14,427 nucleotides of DNA from an uncultured Candidatus Saccharibacteria bacterium (GCA_964462415.1 CAYWWP010000016.1:1-14427); one strand, 5' to 3'. Counted from the first letter of the stretch, positions 1 to 6,128 are shown. Numbers and translations: made by a program. The notes: generated by a model from the sequence alone, not told the origin.

Positions 1-73
1 GTGCTCTCGGTAGGAATCGAACCTACATTACCAGCTCCGCAAGCTAGCGTCCTATCCATTGAACGACGAGAGC
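1..73 (-). tRNA. tRNA-Arg (anticodon GCG); 3' end touches the window edge
   Basis: The reverse complement folds as a cloverleaf. Acceptor is GCTCTCG/CGAGAGC and the D stem is GTTC/GGAC. The anticodon stem is CTAGC/GCTGG with loop TTGCGGA. The T arm is GTAGG-TTCGATT-CCTAC and the discriminator is A. The variable loop is 4 nt. Confidence 0.85.
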
Positions 74-234
74 CGAGTGAGGTGAAAAGCATGCGTGCGT
101 AGCACATATACTTTTCAACCGAGCGAGGCTCACGTACCCCTTTGCGAGCGCATGCGAGCAAATGGGGTACAAGAGCCATACGAACCGTTGGCTCGCTTTC
201 CGACTCTATCCTTAAAACGCCGTATTCGCAACCT

Positions 235-708
235 TTAGAGCTTGAATAGGCGCACCATAAAGTCCATGAGGGACTGCTCGTGACGCCCTTCCTCGATGTG
301 GGCCGCGAAGAAGGTATAGATATCAAGTGGGTCTGGGCCCTGAATAGGAATCAAGAGGTGGGGCGCCAGCAATCGCCGTGTCTTTATTGAAAGGGAAGGA
401 GGCATAGAAGGATCGGCGTACTCAAGTACCGAGAAGTGCAGCATATCCTCGTATGGGTGCAGTGCCTGATCTACCACGAGACCTTCGTCAGTAATCATGA
501 AATGGTGCGTACGGGGTGCACGTGCCGCAGTAAGAGCAAGTGCGCCTGCAGCAGCCACAATCAAGAGTGCGAGAATAAAATTTCCGAATATAACACTGGC
601 AATACTACCTGCAATCGCCACCACGCCAAGCGCCCAGTACCAGTCGGCACTCTTCTCTTCAAACGCATATTCCTGTGCATCCCACTCGAAGAACACGGTA
701 CTCGCCAT
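235..708 (-). CDS. Hypothetical membrane protein (two adjacent hydrophobic helices, then a soluble C-terminal domain)
   Basis: This is part of ORF 235..804. I prefer the internal ATG at 708 (MASTVFFEW...). An extended -10 (TGCTATCAT, 717-725 on the minus strand) lies 8 nt upstream of it. The longer N-terminus would also run through the tRNA-derived repeat at 781-793. WYWALGVVAIAGSIASVIFGNFILALLIVAAAGALAL is clearly transmembrane. I recognise no family. Confidence 0.6.
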   Translation of the reverse strand: MASTVFFEWDAQEYAFEEKSADWYWALGVVAIAGSIASVIFGNFILALLIVAAAGALALTAARAPRTHHFMITDEGLVVDQALHPYEDMLHFSVLEYADPSMPPSLSIKTRRLLAPHLLIPIQGPDPLDIYTFFAAHIEEGRHEQSLMDFMVRLFKL

Positions 709-716
709 ATGTGTTG

Positions 717-725
717 ATGATAGCA
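717..725 (-). promoter_or_regulatory. Extended -10 element (TGcTATCAT) for the 235..708 gene, probably a leaderless transcript
   Basis: The minus strand reads TGCTATCAT, followed by 8 nt and then ATG (708-706). No Shine-Dalgarno sequence lies between them. Confidence 0.35.
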
Positions 726-780
726 CTACGCTGTGGGGTGAGAGTGCGTAATGCACGAGGTGAGTGATTGAGAAGAAGTC

Positions 781-966
781 GGAGGTGGATTCGGTCGCGG
801 TCACTAATTCACTTCGTTCATAAGTGCCGCCGACCCCGGCTCCCGCTCCGCGGTCCGCCGTTCGAATCCCACATGCTCGGCTCCCAGCCGAGCGCTCCTC
901 CGCAAAATTAAAAGAGCTGGCGTGTTGCCAGCTCTTTTAATTTTGCGGAGGAGGTGGGATTCGAAC
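781..966. repeat. tRNA-Ser 3'-end mirror module: direct copy, GC-rich core, inverted copy and a 27-bp perfect palindrome reaching into the tRNA
   Basis: Positions 895-921 pair perfectly with 927-953 (27 bp, 5-nt loop), and 946-953 is the tRNA 3' end. Positions 860-872 are the exact reverse complement of 954-966 (tRNA T loop and T stem). These two pairings are separated by a 22-nt insert (873-894) that is itself a hairpin (875-882/886-893). Positions 781-793 are a third, direct-orientation copy; its reverse complement CGAATCCACCTCC matches the tRNA's CGAATCCCACCTCC with one C missing. The core 826-860 is about 89% GC by my count. Confidence 0.7.
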
Positions 967-1030
967 CCACGAGGCCTTGCGACCTGGCGGTTTTCAAGAC
1001 CGCTCGTTTCGACCACTCACGCACTCCTCC
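946..1030 (-). tRNA. tRNA-Ser (anticodon TGA), class II with long variable arm; no encoded CCA
   Basis: The reverse complement is GGAGGAG-TG-CGT-GAGTGGTCGAA-ACG-A-GCGGT-CTTGAAA-ACCGC-CAGGTCGCAAGGCCTC-GTGGG-TTCGAAT-CCCAC-CTCCTCC-G. All stems pair, and the length is 85 nt. Confidence 0.9.
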
Positions 1031-1083
1031 GTAACACAGGGGAGACTATAGCACGTCTTTCGCTTGGCGTGTAGGATGCGGAT

Positions 1084-1503
1084 ATGCGCTACCTCGGTAT
1101 TGATTACGGCACCAAAAAAGTGGGCCTAGCAGTTTCTGATGAGGCTGGCACCATGGGGTTTCCACACGGGGTGTTTCCTACCACGCCGCGTCTTATAGAT
1201 GATGTATTGGCACTGATTGCTCAAAAAGACGTGGGAGCGGTCGTTATTGGGGAATCACTTGATTTCAAGGGAAAGGAAAATCCTGTAGCTTACGAGGCTC
1301 GCGCATTTGGGACGCAACTTGAGCGGAGGATTGGTATTCCGGTCATGTATCAACCCGAGGTGTTGACCACCCAAGAAGCACGCAGGAACTTTGAAGGGGT
1401 GCGTGAGCCAGGAAGTGGAAACGTGGCCGTGGATGCACAAGCAGCAGCTCTTATACTTACCAGTTATTTAGACACACACGCACATGAGCGAAGAACGGAT
1501 TAG
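1084..1503 (+). CDS. ruvX: YqgF/RuvX-family putative pre-16S rRNA nuclease (Holliday junction resolvase-like)
   Basis: The N-terminus MRYLGIDYGTKKVGLAVSD is the RNase H-fold YqgF signature. Size is 139 aa. A -10-like TAGGAT (1072-1077) lies 6 nt before the ATG. Confidence 0.85.
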   Translation: MRYLGIDYGTKKVGLAVSDEAGTMGFPHGVFPTTPRLIDDVLALIAQKDVGAVVIGESLDFKGKENPVAYEARAFGTQLERRIGIPVMYQPEVLTTQEARRNFEGVREPGSGNVAVDAQAAALILTSYLDTHAHERRTD

Positions 1504-1825
1504 TATTGATGATTTTGCAAAGATAGAAGTGAAGGTAGGTACGGTGCTTGCTGCAGAGCGCGTCCCAGAGACAGACAAGCTTATTAAGTTCTCTATAGAC
1601 TTTGGAGAGGAGACAGGTCCGCGTCAGATTCTGTCAGGTATTCAAGCATATGTTCCAGAGCCCGAGGCACTGCTTGGACGACAGCTATCATTCGTGACAA
1701 ATCTTGCGCCACGCACCATCAAGGGACTTGAATCAAACGGCATGCTCTTTGCAGTGGGAGAAGGAGACTCGTTTGCATTTGTGGTGCCTGATAGACCAGT
1801 TCCGCCAGGCACGAGCGCGCACTAG
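1484..1825 (+). CDS. Stand-alone tRNA-binding domain protein (CsaA/Trbp111/MetRS C-terminal-domain-like OB fold)
   Basis: DFAKIEVKVGTVLAAERVPETDKLIKFSIDFGEE..RQILSGI...LLGRQLSFVTNLAPRTIKGLESNGMLFA matches the tRNA_bind OB-fold pattern. It overlaps ruvX by 20 nt. Confidence 0.8.
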   Translation: MSEERISIDDFAKIEVKVGTVLAAERVPETDKLIKFSIDFGEETGPRQILSGIQAYVPEPEALLGRQLSFVTNLAPRTIKGLESNGMLFAVGEGDSFAFVVPDRPVPPGTSAH

Positions 1826-1876
1826 TTTTACACGATATACCGCACACGTGAGACATGCGCGCGGTATACTGCGCGT

Positions 1877-2977
1877 ATGTCTGATGGTCTTCTCGCGCGT
1901 ATCGCACGCATAGAATTTGCACCACCGCGCTACCTCTCCATGCCAGCTGCGGGTGTAGATATTTCTGCAAGCGGTATTAAGATGGCGGTTTTAGGAGAAC
2001 GCCTCGGAGGACTAGAGTTGGTACGCTATGGAGAAGAACCACTGCCGTCTGGAGCAGTGTCCGGCGGAGAAATTATTGATCCTGCAGTGGTGGTGTCTGC
2101 GCTCAAATCGCTTGCCAAAAAACATCACGTTAAGTTTGTAAATATTGCACTCTCTGAATCACGTAGCTACCTCTTTGATGCGGTTCTTGAGAATGCCAAG
2201 CCAGAAAGCACAACAAAAGTATTGCGTACACTCACCGAGCCGCACCTTGAAGAGTACGTGCCACTACCTCCTGCTGATGTGGCGTTTGATGTCGCTCCTA
2301 TAGGACATACGGCGCAGGGTGTGCGCGTAATTGGGGTTGGGTACGCACGGCGCATTATTGAAGAATCTCTCGCAACAGTAGACGCATCAGGTCTTATTAC
2401 ACGTGCGATAGAGGGGGAAACGTTTTCTATGGCACGAGCACTCACCACCCGTAAAAACAGTGAGACGGTGCTGATCATCGATCTGGGCAAAACAACCACT
2501 AAACTTATGGTGGTTACGGGGCAGATACCGCGCTTCGCGACAACGCTCGACATTGGTGGTCAGGCACTTACCGATGCAGTGATGAAGCATTTTGGTGTTA
2601 CTGAGGAAGAAGCAAAGCATGTAAAAGCAGAGCGCGGACTAACTGGAGGAGCGGCAGGTGATGAGTATGTGGCGACTATGCTGCTCACTGTTTCTGCGGT
2701 TCGTGAGGAAATTATGCGGCGTCTTGAATATTGGCAGAGTCGAGCGGTAGAGGGTTCAGGTAATGAGCCGGTTACCCGAGTTATTTTGGCTGGAGGAAAT
2801 GCGACCGTACGAGGATTGCCAGAGTATCTTGAAACGGCACTCAAGCTCCCGGTCTCTTTAGGTGATGTGTTCACAAACCTTGCCTCTCGCGACCGCTGGT
2901 TGCCACCACTTGAATACACCGAATCCCTTGCGTACGGCACGGCAATTGGGCTCGCGCTACGCGATCACGACTACTAG
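1877..2977 (+). CDS. pilM: Type IV pilus assembly protein PilM (actin-like ATPase fold)
   Basis: The product is 366 aa with actin-like phosphate motifs (GVDISASGIKMAVL; VLIIDLGKTTTKLMVV; DIGGQALTDAV). It is followed directly by a PilN-like gene whose product starts MNLLP. Confidence 0.85.
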   Translation: MSDGLLARIARIEFAPPRYLSMPAAGVDISASGIKMAVLGERLGGLELVRYGEEPLPSGAVSGGEIIDPAVVVSALKSLAKKHHVKFVNIALSESRSYLFDAVLENAKPESTTKVLRTLTEPHLEEYVPLPPADVAFDVAPIGHTAQGVRVIGVGYARRIIEESLATVDASGLITRAIEGETFSMARALTTRKNSETVLIIDLGKTTTKLMVVTGQIPRFATTLDIGGQALTDAVMKHFGVTEEEAKHVKAERGLTGGAAGDEYVATMLLTVSAVREEIMRRLEYWQSRAVEGSGNEPVTRVILAGGNATVRGLPEYLETALKLPVSLGDVFTNLASRDRWLPPLEYTESLAYGTAIGLALRDHDY

Positions 2978-2978
2978 T

Positions 2979-3524
2979 ATGAATCTACTTCCAGACGCTA
3001 GAAAGAAAGTGCTCATGCATCTATATGCGTTACGACTTGGTGTCGTTGCTGCGTGGCTTCTTACAGGCGTGCTTATAGTCACCGTAGTACTCATGATTCC
3101 TGCGTACTTATATTTCCATCAAGCGGTACAAACGCGCGCAGCAGAACTTGCGGGCCTTGGTGAAGAGTTGGCCGGCTCAGAGGAGCAGCAAGTAAGTACT
3201 CGTGTAAAAACGCTTAATGACAATGCTGCGTACTTAACACAGGCAGCTTCACGTGTAAGCGCAAGTGGTGCAATTCGGGTAATTGCGAGCACGCCTCGCA
3301 ATAATATTCGCATTACCGGTATGTCCTTTTCAGCGGGTGCTGCAGGGAAGCCGTCAACCATGAATCTTAGTGGTGTTGCGACAACACGAGAAGCGCTCAG
3401 AACCTATGTCGCATCACTCAAGGCACTGCCATACATTACTACCGTCGATCTTCCCATAAGTGCATACGCAAAGGAAACAAACATTGAGTTCTCTGTTGCA
3501 CTCACGGGCACATTCACACCATGA
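2979..3524 (+). CDS. pilN: PilN-like pilus assembly protein (bitopic)
   Basis: I use the internal ATG at 2979, 1 nt after the pilM stop. The N-terminal MNLLPDARKK matches the conserved PilN INLLP motif. A single TM helix and a coiled-coil-like region follow. The upstream part of ORF 2862..3524 overlaps pilM and was discarded. Confidence 0.7.
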   Translation: MNLLPDARKKVLMHLYALRLGVVAAWLLTGVLIVTVVLMIPAYLYFHQAVQTRAAELAGLGEELAGSEEQQVSTRVKTLNDNAAYLTQAASRVSASGAIRVIASTPRNNIRITGMSFSAGAAGKPSTMNLSGVATTREALRTYVASLKALPYITTVDLPISAYAKETNIEFSVALTGTFTP

Positions 3525-4069
3525 CACGACCTTCGTACGTACAGCTTGCAATAGCACTAGTAATTGTTGCCGTGGCAGTGGGGTTGCTTACGGGAGGTGT
3601 TATTCTCACTAACCAAGAACGGGCGCACGCAGAGAGTCTCATCAGCGATATCGCCGCCAAGCGGCTCGAAGCAATGCGTGTGGCAGCCGCAAAGGAGGCG
3701 TTGCCAGCGCTTGCAGCAGATGAGGCAGCAATTACTCAATTCTTCGTCAAAGCAGACGACATCGTGCCGTTTCTAGAGAAATTGCAGACAATCGGCACCG
3801 TCCATGGTGCCAATGTAGAAGTGCTTTCCGTGGGTGCCGAGTCCGGTAAGGGCAATCATCGTATTTCAATCTCTCTTAAGATAACCGGGTCATTTGATGC
3901 GGTCATGCGCACACTCGGAACTATCGAGTATAGTCCGTTTGATATCGCGCTCACCAATGTGACCCTCGACTCAGAGAAGAACGCACTTAAAAATGGAGGA
4001 ACCGCCTGGACCGCAGCAGCAGTGTTTACTGTGGGAACACAACCTGGAGATTCCGCAGGTAAGAAATAG
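3521..4069 (+). CDS. PilO-like pilus assembly protein (N-terminal TM, helical segment, C-terminal alpha/beta domain)
   Basis: An ATGA overlap links it to pilN. Its topology, size (182 aa) and position after PilM/PilN fit PilO. The call rests on context rather than a recognised motif. Confidence 0.5.
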   Translation: MTRPSYVQLAIALVIVAVAVGLLTGGVILTNQERAHAESLISDIAAKRLEAMRVAAAKEALPALAADEAAITQFFVKADDIVPFLEKLQTIGTVHGANVEVLSVGAESGKGNHRISISLKITGSFDAVMRTLGTIEYSPFDIALTNVTLDSEKNALKNGGTAWTAAAVFTVGTQPGDSAGKK

Positions 4070-4074
4070 TCACC

Positions 4075-4377
4075 ATGAAAGGCATTTCATCACTCAAGCA
4101 CATACAGTTTGCACTTCCAGGAAATTCACACGTACACCCGGTGAGAGACTGGTTCCTGCTCCTTGGGTTTACGGCAGTGTTGCTTGGGGTCGCGGTTGGC
4201 TTTAGTGGTTGGAATTACGTGAGGGCATTGCGTGCTTCTGAACAGAATACTCCTGTCGGCGCTAAGCCTGTGTTCGACACTACAGCTGTAGAGGCGGTGC
4301 GAGCTGCATTCGATGCGCGCACGCAAGAGGCAGCACGGTATAGCTCCGAATATCGTTTCGTTGACCCAAGTCGCTAG
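4075..4377 (+). CDS. Small bitopic membrane protein, last gene of the pilMNO cluster
   Basis: This is a 100-aa ORF starting 6 nt after the pilO-like stop. It has one TM helix (WFLLLGFTAVLLGVAVGFSGW). I recognise no family. Confidence 0.45.
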   Translation: MKGISSLKHIQFALPGNSHVHPVRDWFLLLGFTAVLLGVAVGFSGWNYVRALRASEQNTPVGAKPVFDTTAVEAVRAAFDARTQEAARYSSEYRFVDPSR

Positions 4378-4395
4378 GGCGGCTACTGTACTAGA

Positions 4396-4467
4396 GCCCC
4401 CATAGCTCAATGGATAGAGCAGGAGACTTCTAAGCTCTTGATGTAGGTTCGATTCCTGCTGGGGGCA
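4396..4467 (+). tRNA. tRNA-Arg (anticodon TCT); no encoded CCA
   Basis: GCCCCCA-TA-GCTC-AATGGATA-GAGC-A-GGAGA-CTTCTAA-GCTCT-TGAT-GTAGG-TTCGATT-CCTGC-TGGGGGC-A. The 31-39 pair is an A/G mismatch and everything else pairs. The 3' end (GGCACA) forms a 6-bp hairpin with 4475-4480. Confidence 0.85.
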
Positions 4468-4470
4468 CAC

Positions 4471-5757
4471 TTATTGTGCCTTACACGCTGTGCGCACATC
4501 CTCAGGGAGCCCATCACATAGTTGTACTCGCTCGTGTGTATCTTTTTTGTAGAGGAATCCAGCGTAATAGAAAAGTTCTGTATAGCACGCACCACCAACA
4601 CCTCGGGTGGTGGCGTACACGCACACGTCGAGTGATTTTTGAATAAGCTTTTTGTCAGTCTCAATCATGCGAGAGGCCATGTGTGCGAAACAGGAACCCT
4701 GTAGTGGACCATCAAACCTAAGACACATCGCGGTAACCTTTTCCTGATTGAAATCAACTGATGCCATCAGCGAGTAGATCATCTTATTGAAGCAAGCGGC
4801 CTGCTCTTTGGGGTCAGTGCTGTATGCGCAGTACGCAAGCATCCCTTCTGGTGAGGCGATGGTTTTCGGATCTACGAGCCATGCTTCACGGAAACATCCG
4901 TTACGTGCCTCGCCACTGAACTGATTGCAGAAGTCTTTGTAGGAGGGAATCCATACGGTGCGCCAACACCGTGCTTTCTTGACGAGGTCTTGCTCGGGCT
5001 CACAAACAGCGAGTCCTTCCTTGTGAGGAATAAGCGGATATACCAACGTGAAATCATCTACCGAGAGTGGTTGGAATACTTGCATAAACACTCCTTCAGT
5101 ACAGGTTTGCAGGAAATTGCGACCATCTGTCTTCACTGCTGCACGTTCGCAAATACGATAGGCTTCCTGTGGATTTGCGCCCGCTACATACAGGGCTGCG
5201 TGACCTATCTCGTGATAGCAGCTTGATTGCTGTTGGTTTGTCGGATTCCAACCAGGACGCTGTTCACACACACTCGAAAGATCGGGAAGTATGTCGTCTA
5301 TCTGCGCATGATTGAGAGACTCGCTACTAAAGTGCGCTTGAAGTGCGCCGTGCAGACATCCGTTAGAGCATATGCCAATCGGACATTCTTTGATAATGTC
5401 GCGCCACTTACTGGGGTCCTTTGCGTACTCGTATTCACTTATGCCATGTCCAGCGATGTGACAAAATTCGTAACTTGGCTCCTCTTGCTGAATAAGACGA
5501 ATGACCTGAAACGCGTCTATGAGTGACACCCCATCACTCATAATTTTGGGAACCTCTCGGTCATAGCAGCGAAGGGCGCCGCCCTCAACGCGCGCACACT
5601 TCTTGATAATCCTCTGAGCGTACTCCTCTAGTGAAGGATGTGTTCGCGCTGTGAGTAGATAGCCAGCTGCAACCACTACCAAGCAAAAGATCAAGACAAG
5701 CCCGAGTCGCACTGAGCGTGCACGAAACACGCGGGAAAGTTTCTCAGGGAAACGCAT
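4471..5757 (-). CDS. Exported or membrane-anchored Cys-rich repeat protein, function unknown
   Basis: The ORF encodes 428 aa with an N-terminal anchor (LGLVLIFCLVVVAAGYLL). It has 22 Cys after the anchor, and the C-terminal half shows a 34-35-residue Cys periodicity. It is the only minus-strand gene here and sits between tRNA-Arg and tRNA-Leu. A -10-like CATACT (5766-5771, minus strand) lies 8 nt before the ATG. Confidence 0.75.
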   Translation of the reverse strand: MRFPEKLSRVFRARSVRLGLVLIFCLVVVAAGYLLTARTHPSLEEYAQRIIKKCARVEGGALRCYDREVPKIMSDGVSLIDAFQVIRLIQQEEPSYEFCHIAGHGISEYEYAKDPSKWRDIIKECPIGICSNGCLHGALQAHFSSESLNHAQIDDILPDLSSVCEQRPGWNPTNQQQSSCYHEIGHAALYVAGANPQEAYRICERAAVKTDGRNFLQTCTEGVFMQVFQPLSVDDFTLVYPLIPHKEGLAVCEPEQDLVKKARCWRTVWIPSYKDFCNQFSGEARNGCFREAWLVDPKTIASPEGMLAYCAYSTDPKEQAACFNKMIYSLMASVDFNQEKVTAMCLRFDGPLQGSCFAHMASRMIETDKKLIQKSLDVCVYATTRGVGGACYTELFYYAGFLYKKDTHERVQLCDGLPEDVRTACKAQ

Positions 5758-5844
5758 ACATAGAAAGTATGCCGTGAGACAGGGGACAGACCAAGTCTCT
5801 GTGCGAGAGCAGGTAAGACCGGTATACTGCTCTTGCCTCAGGAA

Positions 5845-5926
5845 GCCGTGGTGGCGGAATTGGTATACGCGTACGCCTCAGAAGCGTATGCCGCAAGGAT
5901 TGAGGGTTCAAATCCCTCCCACGGCA
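5845..5926 (+). tRNA. tRNA-Leu (anticodon CAG), class II; no encoded CCA
   Basis: GCCGTGG-TG-GCG-GAATTGGTATA-CGC-G-TACGC-CTCAGAA-GCGTA-TGCCGCAAGGATT-GAGGG-TTCAAAT-CCCTC-CCACGGC-A. Confidence 0.9.
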
Positions 5927-5938
5927 CACTGTATAAAC

Positions 5939-5978
5939 AGAGAACTCCCAGGCTTTCTGCCTGGGAGTTCTCTTATTT
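5939..5978. terminator. Bidirectional intrinsic terminator shared by the convergent tRNA-Leu(CAG) and tRNA-Val genes
   Basis: A perfect 15-bp stem AGAGAACTCCCAGGC / GCCTGGGAGTTCTCT has a 5-nt loop. It is followed by TATTT on the plus strand and GTTTAT on the minus strand. Confidence 0.75.
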
Positions 5979-5980
5979 AG

Positions 5981-6053
5981 TGCGCGATGAGGGACTCGAA
6001 CCCCCGACCATCCCGGTGTAAACGGGGTGCTCTACCAACTGAGCTAATCGCGC
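5981..6053 (-). tRNA. tRNA-Val (anticodon TAC); no encoded CCA
   Basis: The reverse complement is GCGCGAT-TA-GCTC-AGTTGGTA-GAGC-A-CCCCG-TTTACAC-CGGGA-TGGTC-GGGGG-TTCGAGT-CCCTC-ATCGCGC-A. Confidence 0.9.
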
Positions 6054-6074
6054 ATAGAGTCACAATACCGCGAG

Positions 6075-6111
6075 TTTCAAATTTTGAAAAGTAACCCCGG
6101 AACCCTATGCT
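6075..6111. promoter_or_regulatory. Palindrome TTTCAAA-T-TTTGAAA supplying back-to-back -35-like elements for tRNA-Val (minus) and acyP-uppS (plus)
   Basis: The plus strand reads TTGAAA (6084-6089), 16 nt, then TATGCT (6106-6111). The minus strand reads TTTTCA, 17 nt, then TATTGT, ending 8 nt before the tRNA-Val 5' end. These are sequence matches only. Confidence 0.3.
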
Positions 6112-6128
6112 TAGTTCACGGTTTATAT

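Noticed and set aside
134-170. Imperfect palindrome GTACCCC-TTTGC...GCAAA-T-GGGGTAC containing the direct repeat GCGAGC-GCAT-GCGAGC, downstream of the 235.. gene
   Set aside because: It is probably just the terminator or processing hairpin between the membrane-protein gene and tRNA-Arg(GCG) on the minus strand. It has no T tract and nothing else distinctive, so it is not worth a finding.
224-230. ATTCGCA, identical to one half-site of the Fur-type box
   Set aside because: It is a single half-site with no partner. A given 7-mer is expected about 1-2 times by chance in 14.4 kb on two strands.
781-903. Possible tmRNA, tRNA-Sec or convergent tRNA gene on the plus strand (GGAGGTG...GGATTCG at the 5' end, GTTCGAATCCCAC...CTCCTCCG at the 3' end)
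   Set aside because: There is no T-stem 5' strand to pair with CCCAC, no G3:U70, and no usable U33 anticodon loop (CACTT-CGTTCAT-AAGTG). At 123 nt it is far too short for tmRNA. It is better explained as copies of the neighbouring tRNA-Ser 3' end.
804-1016. 70-aa minus-strand ORF
   Set aside because: It runs straight through tRNA-Ser(TGA) and the 27-bp palindrome / GC-rich repeat module. Its composition is dictated by those structures, so it is not a credible gene.
2167-2940. Minus-strand ORFs of 128, 77 and 126 aa inside pilM
   Set aside because: They are antisense shadows of a confident PilM CDS.
2862-2978. N-terminal extension of the pilN ORF, and similarly 9167-9298 for the 9299 gene, 7814-7864 for rplS and 6084-6128 for acyP
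   Set aside because: The extensions overlap upstream genes or terminators. The internal ATGs give canonical N-termini (MNLLP, signal peptide, MQNVI, MHERLEATVSG).
4126-4470. 114-aa minus-strand ORF
   Set aside because: It overlaps tRNA-Arg(TCT) and the plus-strand small membrane protein of the pil cluster.
5200-5214. HEIGH (HExxH) motif in the Cys-rich protein, suggesting a zinc metalloprotease
   Set aside because: It sits in one unit of a repeat whose sister units read HIAGH, LHGAL and FAHMA. There is no downstream third ligand motif that I can recognise. It is more likely a repeat-consensus feature than a catalytic site.
5744-6021. ORFs 5744-5929 (-), 5774-5980 (+) and 5833-6021 (+)
   Set aside because: They are made of tRNA-Leu(CAG), the shared terminator and tRNA-Val sequence.
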